From positions 1-44,839 of the forward strand of contig JAFUXZ010000135.1 of NCBI GenBank assembly GCA_017470795.1: a stretch of DNA of 44,839 bases. Direction: 5' to 3'. Below are positions 8,210 through 15,732 of the stretch, in pieces. The stretch is from Paludibacteraceae bacterium. Its GTDB lineage: Bacteria > Bacteroidota > Bacteroidia > Bacteroidales > Paludibacteraceae. The position numbers and the translations under genes were made by a program. Every line of letters starts with the position of its first letter. Position 1 is the stretch's first letter. The notes under the pieces are model-generated. The model had not been told where the DNA came from, made no database searches, and saw only the letters and a list, made by a program, of their open reading frames with translations.

Positions 8210-8466
8210 TTATTCTGTACCCCCCCCGAAGAGTCTCCGAGAAGGTGCTGCGCCACCTTGATGTCGTCGTTCATGTGATCATCGAAGAAGCGGGCGGCCG
8301 ACAGCATGGTGTTGGCGTTCTTGATCACCTGCGAGCTGATCGCTGCGATCCCCTTGGCGCGGCCGAGCTCTTCCTTCAGCTCGTCGCCGGTCAGTTCTTC
8401 GTCGCCGAGGCGCTCCAGCTCCGCGAAGAGGTGGTCGTTCAGGTCGGTGAGTTTATTCTTAGTCAT
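8206..8466 (-). CDS. Hypothetical protein
   Basis: 86-aa ORF with an RBS and ATGA coupling downstream. Confidence 0.55.
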   Translation of the reverse strand: MTKNKLTDLNDHLFAELERLGDEELTGDELKEELGRAKGIAAISSQVIKNANTMLSAARFFDDHMNDDIKVAQHLLGDSSGGVQNK

Positions 8467-8656
8467 GACCCTGCTCCTTTCTGGCTTGCTCTCTCTGCAG
8501 GGCGTCGCGTCCTCGTCTCATGGCTGCCAGCAGGCAGAGCGTCTGGTTGTCTAAATTGTCGTTCATGCTCATGCTGAAGATCGCGTTCTCAATGACTTCG
8601 ATCGCCATCTTGTCGTCTATGTCCTGAGCTTTGATCAGTGGTGGTATCTTTTTCAT
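8459..8656 (-). CDS. Hypothetical protein
   Basis: ORF 8459..8791 trimmed to the ATG at 8656, which overlaps the recU stop (ATGA). Confidence 0.5.
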   Translation of the reverse strand: MKKIPPLIKAQDIDDKMAIEVIENAIFSMSMNDNLDNQTLCLLAAMRRGRDALQREQARKEQGHD

Positions 8657-9237
8657 GGTGTTGCTCCTTGTTCTATTCCGTCGAGCAGCTGGATCATGCC
8701 GTCCCGCCAGTCGATGCGGAAGGGCTCCAGCTCTGCCCGGTTCATGCTTTTGTGTCCGTAGATCTCGCGCATGTCGCGCCACGTCTCCCACGGTACCCGG
8801 TAGACGTTGTCGAGGCCCATGGCGACGACTACGAAGGCGAGGGCGCCGAGGCTGTTGTGGTGCTCCAACCGCTCGCGTTGGTCTTCAGTGACGGCGCTCT
8901 GGCTGATCCGATCCTGCCGGGTGCTCTTGGCCTCAAAGACGATGCTGCGGCCGCCGGTCAGGGTTCCCTTGAAGTCCGGCTGCGCTCTCTTGGTATATAC
9001 GGCGAGGAATTGCCCCTTGCGGTTAGGGCGTCCGATCTGCTTGATCGGCTCCGGCGTTTTCTCGATCTCTGCTGTCCCGGCTTCCTTGTACCGGAGCAGG
9101 GCCGCTTCAATGTGGAACTCGAACGCCTCGCCCTCGCGCTTGTTGGCGAGTCCCTGCGCCCGGTGCTCGTCCCGCTTCAGCTGATCCTCTTCAAGCAGCA
9201 GGTCTGCGTACTTCTCCGGCAGCGTGTCCCAGTTCAT
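8653..9237 (-). CDS. recU: Holliday-junction resolvase, RecU family
   Basis: PD-(D/E)xK-type pattern PDFKGTLTGGRSIVFEAKST, plus overall RecU-like length and layout. Confidence 0.7.
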   Translation of the reverse strand: MNWDTLPEKYADLLLEEDQLKRDEHRAQGLANKREGEAFEFHIEAALLRYKEAGTAEIEKTPEPIKQIGRPNRKGQFLAVYTKRAQPDFKGTLTGGRSIVFEAKSTRQDRISQSAVTEDQRERLEHHNSLGALAFVVVAMGLDNVYRVPWETWRDMREIYGHKSMNRAELEPFRIDWRDGMIQLLDGIEQGATP

Positions 9238-9779
9238 GGCCTCACCTCCGGATCCTCTTCATGCTTCACGACGTAGTCGATCTCCTTACCCGGGTTGGGT
9301 CTCAGCCAGCGCGCCATGTCGAACACGGTCTGCGCTTCGATCTTGACGATGCTCGAGGCAGTGTAGCTAAAGATCCCGCTGTCCTCTGCATAGACTCCGG
9401 CGCCCGGTGTCGTGATGTTGACGCAGCCGTATGCTGCCTGATCTTCTTCCGGATCGTAGGCGCCCGGATCGAAGCCGTCGCGGATCGGTATGCTCAGCTC
9501 TTCGGCGAGGCGGATCTCCGCAGCCATGCCCTCGGACGGTTCGCCGTACACCCAGAGCTCGTCGCATAGGCTCAGAAGGTCGAGCCCTGCGGATAGTCCG
9601 ATGCGGCGCTGCTCCGGATCGTTGTCGTCGAGGTACTGCGTGAAGAGCAGGTGAGGCGCAATCGGGATCACGTCCGGGTGCTCTGTCATGGCTTTCAGGC
9701 TGTAGGCCCTCGCGTTCTTTGTGTTCTCTTCGACGTTGCCCCGGTAGGGGCTGCAGATATAAACGAGCTTACTGCGCAT
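9234..9779 (-). CDS. Nucleoside 2-deoxyribosyltransferase-like (DUF4406-type) protein
   Basis: The N-terminus KLVYICSPYRGN and LCDELWVYGEPSEGMAAEI are typical of this fold family. This is from memory. Confidence 0.5.
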   Translation of the reverse strand: MRSKLVYICSPYRGNVEENTKNARAYSLKAMTEHPDVIPIAPHLLFTQYLDDNDPEQRRIGLSAGLDLLSLCDELWVYGEPSEGMAAEIRLAEELSIPIRDGFDPGAYDPEEDQAAYGCVNITTPGAGVYAEDSGIFSYTASSIVKIEAQTVFDMARWLRPNPGKEIDYVVKHEEDPEVRP

Positions 9780-10539
9780 GTTGTCCTCCTTCCGCGGCTT
9801 TGAGTGCTATGGCGGACAGGCTGTTCGGATCCAGTTCTCCGCGTTCCTTCTTGGCCTTCCATGCGGCCAGTCTGGCCTTGCGCTCTTCCTCGTCCCGGAT
9901 CATGGCCAGCTCCAGCTGGCGCTTGTTCTCAGCCTTCTGCTCTGCGAGCTGCAGTTCCTTCTCGCGGCGCAGTTCCTCAGCGCCCTCGATCAGGCGGTAG
10001 CTCGTGTCCGGGAGGGCTGCCTGCTGGCCGGTGATCTTGGCCGTGATCGGCTGCGGCGTCATGGCGTCGGTCTTGGCTCGGTCGTACATTGGAGAATACT
10101 GTCCCAAAAATGCGACTCTATCCATGCCGGGCTTCGATCCCGCTTCACCGGTGTGCATGTCGTAGAGGTTCTTCCAGCCGACGATCTCCACGGCCCGGGC
10201 GATCAGGGCAGGGAGCTTGTCCTTGGCCTCGTCCCACTGTCCACGCCTGAGCGTGAAGAGCAGGTCACTGACTGCGGCCCATGCCAGATCCGGCGGCACG
10301 ATCTCCGGGTGCGTGGTCTCCAGCATGAGCTCGCGGATCTCCGCGATGCTTGGCGGCCACTTGCTGGTGGCGATGTGCTTCCGGACTGCGAGGCCGACAG
10401 CTGCAGCGTCGTCAGCTGCGAACATTGTGGCCAGCAGGCCGACGTAGTTGTTGACCTCGTCGTGGCTTCTGAACTTGTCGTAGTTCGGGTAGGCTGTCAC
10501 TATTACCGCTGCCATTTTTGCGGCGTCTGCCTTTGTCAT
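9769..10539 (-). CDS. Replicative helicase loader-like protein (SPP1 G39P-like N-terminal domain)
   Basis: AAVIVTAYPNYDKF...SKWPPSIAEIRE matches the G39P N-terminal pattern. It lies directly downstream of the replisome organizer. Confidence 0.55.
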   Translation of the reverse strand: MTKADAAKMAAVIVTAYPNYDKFRSHDEVNNYVGLLATMFAADDAAAVGLAVRKHIATSKWPPSIAEIRELMLETTHPEIVPPDLAWAAVSDLLFTLRRGQWDEAKDKLPALIARAVEIVGWKNLYDMHTGEAGSKPGMDRVAFLGQYSPMYDRAKTDAMTPQPITAKITGQQAALPDTSYRLIEGAEELRREKELQLAEQKAENKRQLELAMIRDEEERKARLAAWKAKKERGELDPNSLSAIALKAAEGGQHAQ

Positions 10540-11438
10540 ACTCTCAGACCTCCTTCCTCTTCGGCCACTATGTCGGCGAGAGCTGCGAGGGTGCCGCCTG
10601 CGGATCCGGTGCGGATCGGTGCGCGGCGCACTGTGTTCTCGTATTTGCCCTCGAGGACTTTGGCCATGTTGTCGCTCTTCATGAGCCAGTCGAAGTCGGC
10701 TGCCCAGTTGCGGTCGTTCACTCCCTTCAGGAACGGTAACGCCTCCGCCATGTCGAATAGCTCAATGAAGGTGCCGAGGTTGCCCTTGTACTCCTTCCAG
10801 CGTGCTGCGATCGCCTTCTTGCGGTTGGCGCTCAGCTTCCGGATCCTCGGATAGCTCGGGCAGTGGTCGTGGTAGCACGTCTTGATCACTTCGTATGGGA
10901 TCGGGTCGGCTGCAGCCGGTTCCGACTCTTCAGAGGCGTTAGCCTCTGAAGTAAAAGAAATATCTACTCTACTCTTCTCTACTCTACTCTTCTCTTTGCC
11001 GTCGGTTTCTTCGCGGTCGTCCGTCGGTCTGTCCGTCGGTCGTCCGTCGGTCGTTTCTTGGTCGTCCGCTTGTTGTCCGTTGGTCTTTGCCCTCCGGAGA
11101 CGGCTGCGCTCGCGCTCGGCTTCGCGCTTCTCGACGAGCTTCCCGGCGTACTCGTACCAGTCGTGCAGCTCAAGGCCGCCTTCAGCTGATATGTCGAGAA
11201 GACCCGCATTTTTCAAGGCTTCCACGAACTCGTCAGCGTCGCCGTCCCACTGCGCTGCGCGCGCGATCGAGCGGTTGCTGATGCCTCCGAGGGAGCCGTC
11301 CGGAGCGTTGTCGAGCGACCAGAGCCAGATCAGAACGAGCATGCCGGTGACCTTTACCGGTTCGATGTCCAAAGAATCGGACACGCTGAGGACTTTCTTG
11401 TGATCTCTCAGTGTTTGGTCAATTTTTATCCATGCCAT
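10536..11438 (-). CDS. Phage replisome organizer / replication initiator (SPP1 G38P-like), with internal iterons
   Basis: The N-terminus is MAWIKIDQTLRDHKKV..LIWLWSLDNAPDGSL. An acidic linker encoded by the iteron array is followed by a conserved C-terminal domain. Confidence 0.6.
   Translation of the reverse strand: MAWIKIDQTLRDHKKVLSVSDSLDIEPVKVTGMLVLIWLWSLDNAPDGSLGGISNRSIARAAQWDGDADEFVEALKNAGLLDISAEGGLELHDWYEYAGKLVEKREAERERSRLRRAKTNGQQADDQETTDGRPTDRPTDDREETDGKEKSRVEKSRVDISFTSEANASEESEPAAADPIPYEVIKTCYHDHCPSYPRIRKLSANRKKAIAARWKEYKGNLGTFIELFDMAEALPFLKGVNDRNWAADFDWLMKSDNMAKVLEGKYENTVRRAPIRTGSAGGTLAALADIVAEEEGGLRV
11004..11089 (+). repeat. Iteron cluster C inside the replication gene: about eight GGTCGTCC-type units at 11-bp phase, candidate origin
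   Basis: Units start at 11004, 11015, 11026, 11038, 11049, 11060, 11071 and 11082. An adjacent direct repeat ctactcttct is seen at about 10968..10995. Confidence 0.8.
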
Positions 11439-11463
11439 TGTGGTTTGCTCCTTTTTCCGTTTT

Positions 11464-11515
11464 GGTCGTTTCTCGGTCGTCCGCTGGTCGTCCTGCGGTC
11501 GTCCGTCGGTTATGG
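11464..11515 (+). repeat. Iteron cluster B: five units at 11-bp phase between ssb and the replication gene
   Basis: Units start at 11464, 11475, 11486, 11497 and 11508. Positions 11475..11502 are identical to 936..963. Confidence 0.85.
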
Positions 11516-11896
11516 CCCTTCATAGCCTCCGCCGTCGTAGTAGCCGCCGTCTCCGTAGTCTCCGGCAGGTTCAGCTGCTCCGGCTCTCGGTGAGTCCAGC
11601 GGCTCGATGTTGTCGGCGACGATGTAGACGTCCTTGCGGTTCTGGTCGTGCTTGTCCTTCCACCTGTTGGTGTCGAGGTGGCCGTCGATCGCGATCAGGC
11701 GGCCCTTGTGCAGGTGTTTGCTCGCGAACTCCGCCGTGTGGTTCCAGCAGGTGACCGGGAAGTAGTTCGGCGGTGCGTTCCTGTCGCTGGTCTTCTTGCT
11801 GACGGCGATGTCGAAGTGAGCGACGGCAGCGCCTCCGGGTGTGTAACTCAGCTCCGGATCATTGGCGAGCCGTCCGATCTCTTTCACGTCATTCAT
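11510..11896 (-). CDS. ssb: Single-stranded DNA-binding protein
   Basis: OB-fold SSB pattern GRLANDPELSYTPGGAAVAHFDIAV...FPVTCWNHTAEFASKHLHKGRLIAIDGHL, with a Gly/Tyr-rich tail. Confidence 0.8.
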   Translation of the reverse strand: MNDVKEIGRLANDPELSYTPGGAAVAHFDIAVSKKTSDRNAPPNYFPVTCWNHTAEFASKHLHKGRLIAIDGHLDTNRWKDKHDQNRKDVYIVADNIEPLDSPRAGAAEPAGDYGDGGYYDGGGYEGP

Positions 11897-12632
11897 TTGG
11901 TTGTCCTCCTTGTCTTCTCATGGCCGCTTCATTGTCGAGCAGGCGGCAGATCTCGTCGTACTGCTGGCGGGTGATCGTGTGCGGATCCTCGGCGCCGTAG
12001 TCGTTGTAGATCTTGCTGTTCACCTGCTGCATACTTATGCCTGCGGCCTCGGCCTTCTTATACATGCGGTCGATCTGTGGGCCCGTGAGCGTCCGTCTGC
12101 CGTCAGACTTCGCCGCTGGGCCGTTTTTAGCGTTTCGTTGGGTGTTTATACCTTGTGCGCTGTTTCGTGGCTCAGCAGGGCGCTGTGGCGGTTCCTGCGC
12201 GGCTCTCTCGCTGGCACAGTCCTCTTCATGTAGGATCATCTGCTCCGGGATGATGTGGAACTTGCTGCCGAAGTACACGCTGAGGCCGTGATCCCATGCC
12301 GCAGCCTTGGCGTCTGCAGGGCCCTTGTCACTGGTTCCGATCGTGTGGATCGTTGCCTCCAGCCGGTCGCTCGGCTTCTCGCTGTTAGTCCAGCGGACGG
12401 TCAGGTCTGACTCGTAGATCCAGATCAGGCGCTCGGTGCCGTCCTTGGTGCGCTGCCAGAAGGTGGTGTGCTCGACGGCAGCCTCGCAGACCGGGTCGAA
12501 GTTGATCCCGGCAGCGATCAGCTGCTCCGCGAGTGATCCGTTGTCCGGATCCGTCGGGTCGAAGATCCTGCAGAACTTCTGCTGCAGGGTGGTGACCGGC
12601 GGCTTCTTGGCCGGTGCTTTAGTCTCCGCCAT
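11889..12632 (-). CDS. Hypothetical protein, possibly recombination-associated by position upstream of ssb
   Basis: 247-aa ORF with a good RBS. No motif was recognised with confidence. Confidence 0.5.
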   Translation of the reverse strand: MAETKAPAKKPPVTTLQQKFCRIFDPTDPDNGSLAEQLIAAGINFDPVCEAAVEHTTFWQRTKDGTERLIWIYESDLTVRWTNSEKPSDRLEATIHTIGTSDKGPADAKAAAWDHGLSVYFGSKFHIIPEQMILHEEDCASERAAQEPPQRPAEPRNSAQGINTQRNAKNGPAAKSDGRRTLTGPQIDRMYKKAEAAGISMQQVNSKIYNDYGAEDPHTITRQQYDEICRLLDNEAAMRRQGGQPNE

Positions 12633-12789
12633 GGCCGCCTCCTTCCTTGCGCACCTCCGTCACGACGATGATGTGCGCATCCTCCTTGTGTGGTTCGGTC
12701 TCGATGCCGTGCTCCTTCAGGAACGCGGTCGTCTCTCTGCGGTCGCGTTCGTCTCCAACCAGTATCGTGTCTCCGGGTTTCAGGAACAT
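12619..12789 (-). CDS. Hypothetical small protein
   Basis: ORF 12619..12855 trimmed to the ATG at 12789 (TAATG junction) after AAGGAGG. Confidence 0.45.
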   Translation of the reverse strand: MFLKPGDTILVGDERDRRETTAFLKEHGIETEPHKEDAHIIVVTEVRKEGGGHGGD

Positions 12790-13487
12790 TACTCCGCCTC
12801 CTTGAAGAACTTGTGGCCGTTGATCGTCAGGACGTAGTCCTGCGTTTCGTGCCATTTGCTCTTTGTCTTGTCCGGGGCGTAGAAGTACTTGATCGGCTCA
12901 GCTGTTACGACCTCCCCGAAGTCGAAGACGGCCTGCACCGCGTCGAGTGATTCCTGCGAGGCGGTTGGCCGCTCTGAGCTGTAGCCGTACTTGCGGACGG
13001 CCACGTCCGGGCGGATGCTGTCGTCCTCGCAGCTCTGCAGGATGCACTGGGCGACAGCCACCTTCCCGGCGTATGGTTCGCCAGCCGCTTCAGCCTCGAC
13101 TACCTGAGCAAGTGTCAGGCGCTCCTTGTCTGTCAGCTCGTAGCGCTTCTCCATGCCGGACTCGAGGGCCCATTCGTTGGTGACGTGCTGCCAGCTGATC
13201 GGTGTGCCGTCCTTGTAGCCCTCGCGGGCGACAGTATAGAACACTGCCGGATCCGCTGCGGCGTTGCTCTCAGCCTCGACCGGCTTGTGGAGGGCGTAGC
13301 CCAGCCCGATGCCGATCAGAAGGATCAGGGCGAGTAGGGTGAGGGTCGGCCACTGTCTTTTGACGAAGCGGCTGGTCTTTGATATAATTGCTGTGCTGGA
13401 GGTCTCGCGCGAGTGCCCCCCGGTGTAAGAGTCGCTGCCTGTTTGCGCGTGGAGCGGCTCTTTTGTTTTGTTCATGTTCTTGTTCAT
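12789..13487 (-). CDS. Membrane-anchored SleB-type cell-wall hydrolase
   Basis: Transmembrane helix WPTLTLLALILLIGIGLGYAL. The Hydrolase_2-like core reads LAQVVEAEAAGEPYAGKVAVAQCILQ....YFYAP. Confidence 0.65.
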   Translation of the reverse strand: MNKNMNKTKEPLHAQTGSDSYTGGHSRETSSTAIISKTSRFVKRQWPTLTLLALILLIGIGLGYALHKPVEAESNAAADPAVFYTVAREGYKDGTPISWQHVTNEWALESGMEKRYELTDKERLTLAQVVEAEAAGEPYAGKVAVAQCILQSCEDDSIRPDVAVRKYGYSSERPTASQESLDAVQAVFDFGEVVTAEPIKYFYAPDKTKSKWHETQDYVLTINGHKFFKEAE

Positions 13488-13678
13488 GGTTTTGCTCCTT
13501 GTGGTTTCTGCTGGCGCTCCTGCTGCCAGCGTTTGAAGTCGGCCTGAACGGCCGGGTCTTTGAATAGCTCTCTGACGCCGCCGATCAGGGTGCGGCAGAG
13601 TGCGTCAGTCTCGTGATCCGGAAGTGCGTCGAGGTTTACGGCGACGTGCTCCGGATCTCTTGTTTTCACTTTTTTCAC
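13484..13678 (-). CDS. Hypothetical protein
   Basis: GTG start at 13678, 6 nt after AGGAGG. The stop is ATGA-coupled to the hydrolase gene. Confidence 0.5.
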   Translation of the reverse strand: MKKVKTRDPEHVAVNLDALPDHETDALCRTLIGGVRELFKDPAVQADFKRWQQERQQKPQGAKP

Positions 13679-13811
13679 CGTGTACCTCCTTGTTGTAAAG
13701 TCCCCGGCAGTGCGGGCAGATGTACCCGTGCTCCGGGAGGATCAGCTGCAGGCTGACGTTCCAGTCCTTCCCGCAGACTTTGCAGGTCTCATGCCTGCCG
13801 CCCCTCTTCAT
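13605..13811 (-). CDS. Small zinc-ribbon protein
   Basis: CKVCG...CPHC motifs are present. The 3' end overlaps the next gene by 74 nt, so that end is uncertain. Confidence 0.45.
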   Translation of the reverse strand: MKRGGRHETCKVCGKDWNVSLQLILPEHGYICPHCRGLYNKEVHGEKSENKRSGARRRKPRRTSGSRD

Positions 13812-13978
13812 GCTCCCGGCATGAGGTTGGGCTTCTTCTTAGGTGTCTCTGTTGCTGGTTTGTCTGCGTACTGGCCAGCGCTGGCGCCGGTCGTCTTGTC
13901 CGCTTCCTTCTTCATGCAGTCGCAGTGTTCCCCATGGTCGAGGTGCGCGCCGCAGTTTGGACAGACTTCGTACTTCAT
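13808..13978 (-). CDS. Small zinc-ribbon protein of 56 aa, below the track cutoff
   Basis: Hand translation gives MKYEVCPNCGAHLDHGEHCDCMKKEADK... AGGAGG lies 6 nt upstream. ATGA junctions are present at both ends. Confidence 0.5.
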   Translation of the reverse strand: MKYEVCPNCGAHLDHGEHCDCMKKEADKTTGASAGQYADKPATETPKKKPNLMPGA

Positions 13979-14154
13979 GCTTTGCCTCCTTCCTTATCGG
14001 CCCGGGCGAGCTGCCTCTGCAGCCGCTTCACTCCCATGGCTGCGCCGATCATGTCGCCGGCCCGCAACTGGCCGAGTATAGTTTTGTATGTGTTGCGCGG
14101 GATCCTGTCGCGGATCGCCTGCAGTTCCTTGTAGATCTTCGGATCGTATCTCAC
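13975..14154 (-). CDS. Small hypothetical protein of 59 aa with a GTG start, below the track cutoff
   Basis: The start reads GGAGGcactaaGTG. Hand translation gives VRYDPKIYKELQAIRDRIPRNTYKTILGQLRAGDMIGAAMGVKRLQRQLARADKEGGKA. The stop overlaps the next ATG. Confidence 0.45.
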   Translation of the reverse strand: MRYDPKIYKELQAIRDRIPRNTYKTILGQLRAGDMIGAAMGVKRLQRQLARADKEGGKA

Positions 14155-14165
14155 TTAGTGCCTCC

Positions 14166-14396
14166 TTAGCTGACCGGCGCTTCGTCCGGCAGCGCCGGCG
14201 TGTTCGAGAATAGGTAGGTGATTTTGCAGTCCGGGAAGAGGTTCTGCTGGATCAGGAAGGCGATCGCGACAGTGAAGTCGCCCTTGCCTCTGAGCCAGTT
14301 CCTTATTGTGTCCGGAGACTTCTTCGCCACCTTCGCGAGGTCTCGTGCGTCGAGATCCCTGCGCGCCATTTCAGCGACCAGATTCGGATATGCCAT
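14166..14396 (-). CDS. Cro-like HTH DNA-binding protein
   Basis: The HTH segment is LDARDLAKVAKKSPDTIRNWLRG. It sits in the early leftward operon opposite the repressor. Confidence 0.6.
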   Translation of the reverse strand: MAYPNLVAEMARRDLDARDLAKVAKKSPDTIRNWLRGKGDFTVAIAFLIQQNLFPDCKITYLFSNTPALPDEAPVS

Positions 14397-14568
14397 TGTG
14401 CGGTTCCTCCTTTCCTGTGTATTCCTTGCGCCTCTTCATCCATGCCCTGATCGACGTGACTATATCGTAAACGAGAACGCATGCGCCGGACGCGGCGACT
14501 GCGATCAGGCTCAGGTCGAAGCAGAGCAGGGTCGTCTGGATGATGTTCAAGTGTTTCACTCCCTTCAA
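14371..14568 (-). CDS. Possible small membrane protein; the start is uncertain (TTG or GTG)
   Basis: Hydrophobic core LLCFDLSLIAVAASGACVLVY. There is no ATG start. The 3' end overlaps the cro-like gene. Confidence 0.3.
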   Translation of the reverse strand: MKGVKHLNIIQTTLLCFDLSLIAVAASGACVLVYDIVTSIRAWMKRRKEYTGKEEPHNGISESGR

Positions 14569-14627
14569 TGTTCTCGCGGACTCGCGACCGCCGTTAGTAG
14601 CGCCGCCCCGGAGGGCGGCACTCTGCT

Positions 14628-15206
14628 TTAGCCGAACAGGTAGATGTTGCTCTTCAGTGCCACGAAGGGCAGCCCGTTTTTCGGTGTATAGCCTTCGATG
14701 TTGTAAAGGTACTGCTCGAGGATCTTGCCGCAGCGATTGACCACGCGCTCGCCGATTACTTCGACGAAGTTGCCGGTGATGCTGCCGCCCTTGATCGGTT
14801 CGTCGTACATTTCCTCGCTCAGGATTTTCTCGACCGGTTCGATCACCGCGTTCTCGACGAGGTCGCAGTAGGTTGCGACGAGGATCTCTTCGAGCTCGTC
14901 CCAGCTGTCGACGATCCAGCGCGGGCCTCCGATCGGGTTCTCATGGCTGCCGTCTCCGCAGTACGTCAGATCCAGCGCTTCATCTGTCACGACCAGCCTG
15001 CCGTCGTACTCGTAAATGAAGGCAGCGCCGTCGAGGTAGTTCCAAACGGCCCATGCTTCTGCTGAGAAGCTGGTCGGAAGCGTCAGTTCGACCGCTGTGC
15101 TGGCGTGCTCTGGGTTGTTTGCGTCGACTGGGCGGGTGCCTGCGCCGAGTCTGATCACGACTTCGTTGTCGTCTCTTTCAAATTTCAATGTTTTCATGTT
15201 TTCCAT
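14628..15206 (-). CDS. Acidic hypothetical protein, first gene of the early leftward operon
   Basis: ATG at 15206 after AAGGAG. By my count, D+E outnumber K+R by about 20 over 192 aa. No family was recognised. Confidence 0.6.
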   Translation of the reverse strand: MENMKTLKFERDDNEVVIRLGAGTRPVDANNPEHASTAVELTLPTSFSAEAWAVWNYLDGAAFIYEYDGRLVVTDEALDLTYCGDGSHENPIGGPRWIVDSWDELEEILVATYCDLVENAVIEPVEKILSEEMYDEPIKGGSITGNFVEVIGERVVNRCGKILEQYLYNIEGYTPKNGLPFVALKSNIYLFG

Positions 15207-15224
15207 GTTGGTGCTCCTTTCAAT

Positions 15225-15240
15225 TTCCGATGTATCGGAA
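15225..15240. promoter_or_regulatory. Operator O1: perfect palindrome TTCCGAtgtaTCGGAA
   Basis: Read directly from the sequence. It lies just downstream of the leftward -10 element. Confidence 0.65.
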
Positions 15241-15251
15241 CTTCTTCTCCT

Positions 15252-15279
15252 ATTATAACGGCATGTCGGAAGATTTCAA
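15252..15279 (-). promoter_or_regulatory. Early leftward promoter
   Basis: On the minus strand: TTGAAA (15274..15279), a 16-nt spacer, then TATAAT (15252..15257). A TCGGAA half-site (15266..15271) lies in the spacer. Confidence 0.55.
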
Positions 15280-15297
15280 GCCTTTTTTATAAAATTT

Positions 15298-15313
15298 TTC
15301 CGATTTGTCGGAA
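15298..15313. promoter_or_regulatory. Operator O2: perfect palindrome TTCCGAtttgTCGGAA
   Basis: It has the same half-sites as O1 and lies between the two divergent -35 elements. Confidence 0.65.
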
Positions 15314-15320
15314 AAACTTA

Positions 15321-15349
15321 TTTTCACTCAGCTTTTGGTAGGGTATAAT
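15321..15349 (+). promoter_or_regulatory. Rightward promoter for the repressor-integrase operon
   Basis: TTTTCA (15321..15326), a 17-nt spacer, then TATAAT (15344..15349). GGGAGG RBS before the ATG at 15385. Confidence 0.5.
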
Positions 15350-15384
15350 TAAAGAGCGCAAACAGGATTGAAGGGAGGCAGGAT

Positions 15385-15732
15385 ATGAGGGAGCGACTTA
15401 AACAGATCATGGAAGAGCGCGGGATCAAGTCCGCGCAGCTGGCCTCAAAGGCTGGTTTGAGCACGTCAACCGTCGCCGATATTCTCAGCGGGAAGGTGAA
15501 CGAGCTCAACGTCGGAGTGTCGAAGATCGTGAAGATCGCCGACGCGCTGGGCGTGTCAGTCGAGTTTCTTTACGATATGCCGGAACCGGAGCAGCTGCGA
15601 GCTGAGACCGAGCAGGAACGCGAGCTTCTGAGAAGTTTCCGAGCATTGAACAGTGAAGGCCGCGCGAAGGCCGTCGCATATATCGAAGATCTCGAAGACA
15701 CGGGCAAGTATCGAGGCGGTGATTCGGTATGA
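15385..15732 (+). CDS. XRE-family HTH repressor (CI-like)
   Basis: The HTH segment is IKSAQLASKAGLSTSTVADILSG. It is divergent from the early operon and ATGA-coupled to the integrase. Confidence 0.75.
   Translation: MRERLKQIMEERGIKSAQLASKAGLSTSTVADILSGKVNELNVGVSKIVKIADALGVSVEFLYDMPEPEQLRAETEQERELLRSFRALNSEGRAKAVAYIEDLEDTGKYRGGDSV

Noticed and set aside
10960-11520. The short regular repeats as a CRISPR array.
   Set aside because: The period is only 11 bp with no spacers, and the units are degenerate. Some of them lie within a coding sequence, and no cas genes are present.
14602-14619. The GC hairpin GCCGCCCcggaGGGCGGC as a terminator after the first early gene.
   Set aside because: No T-run follows on the transcribed strand, so it may only be an RNA stability element. 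It was not called.
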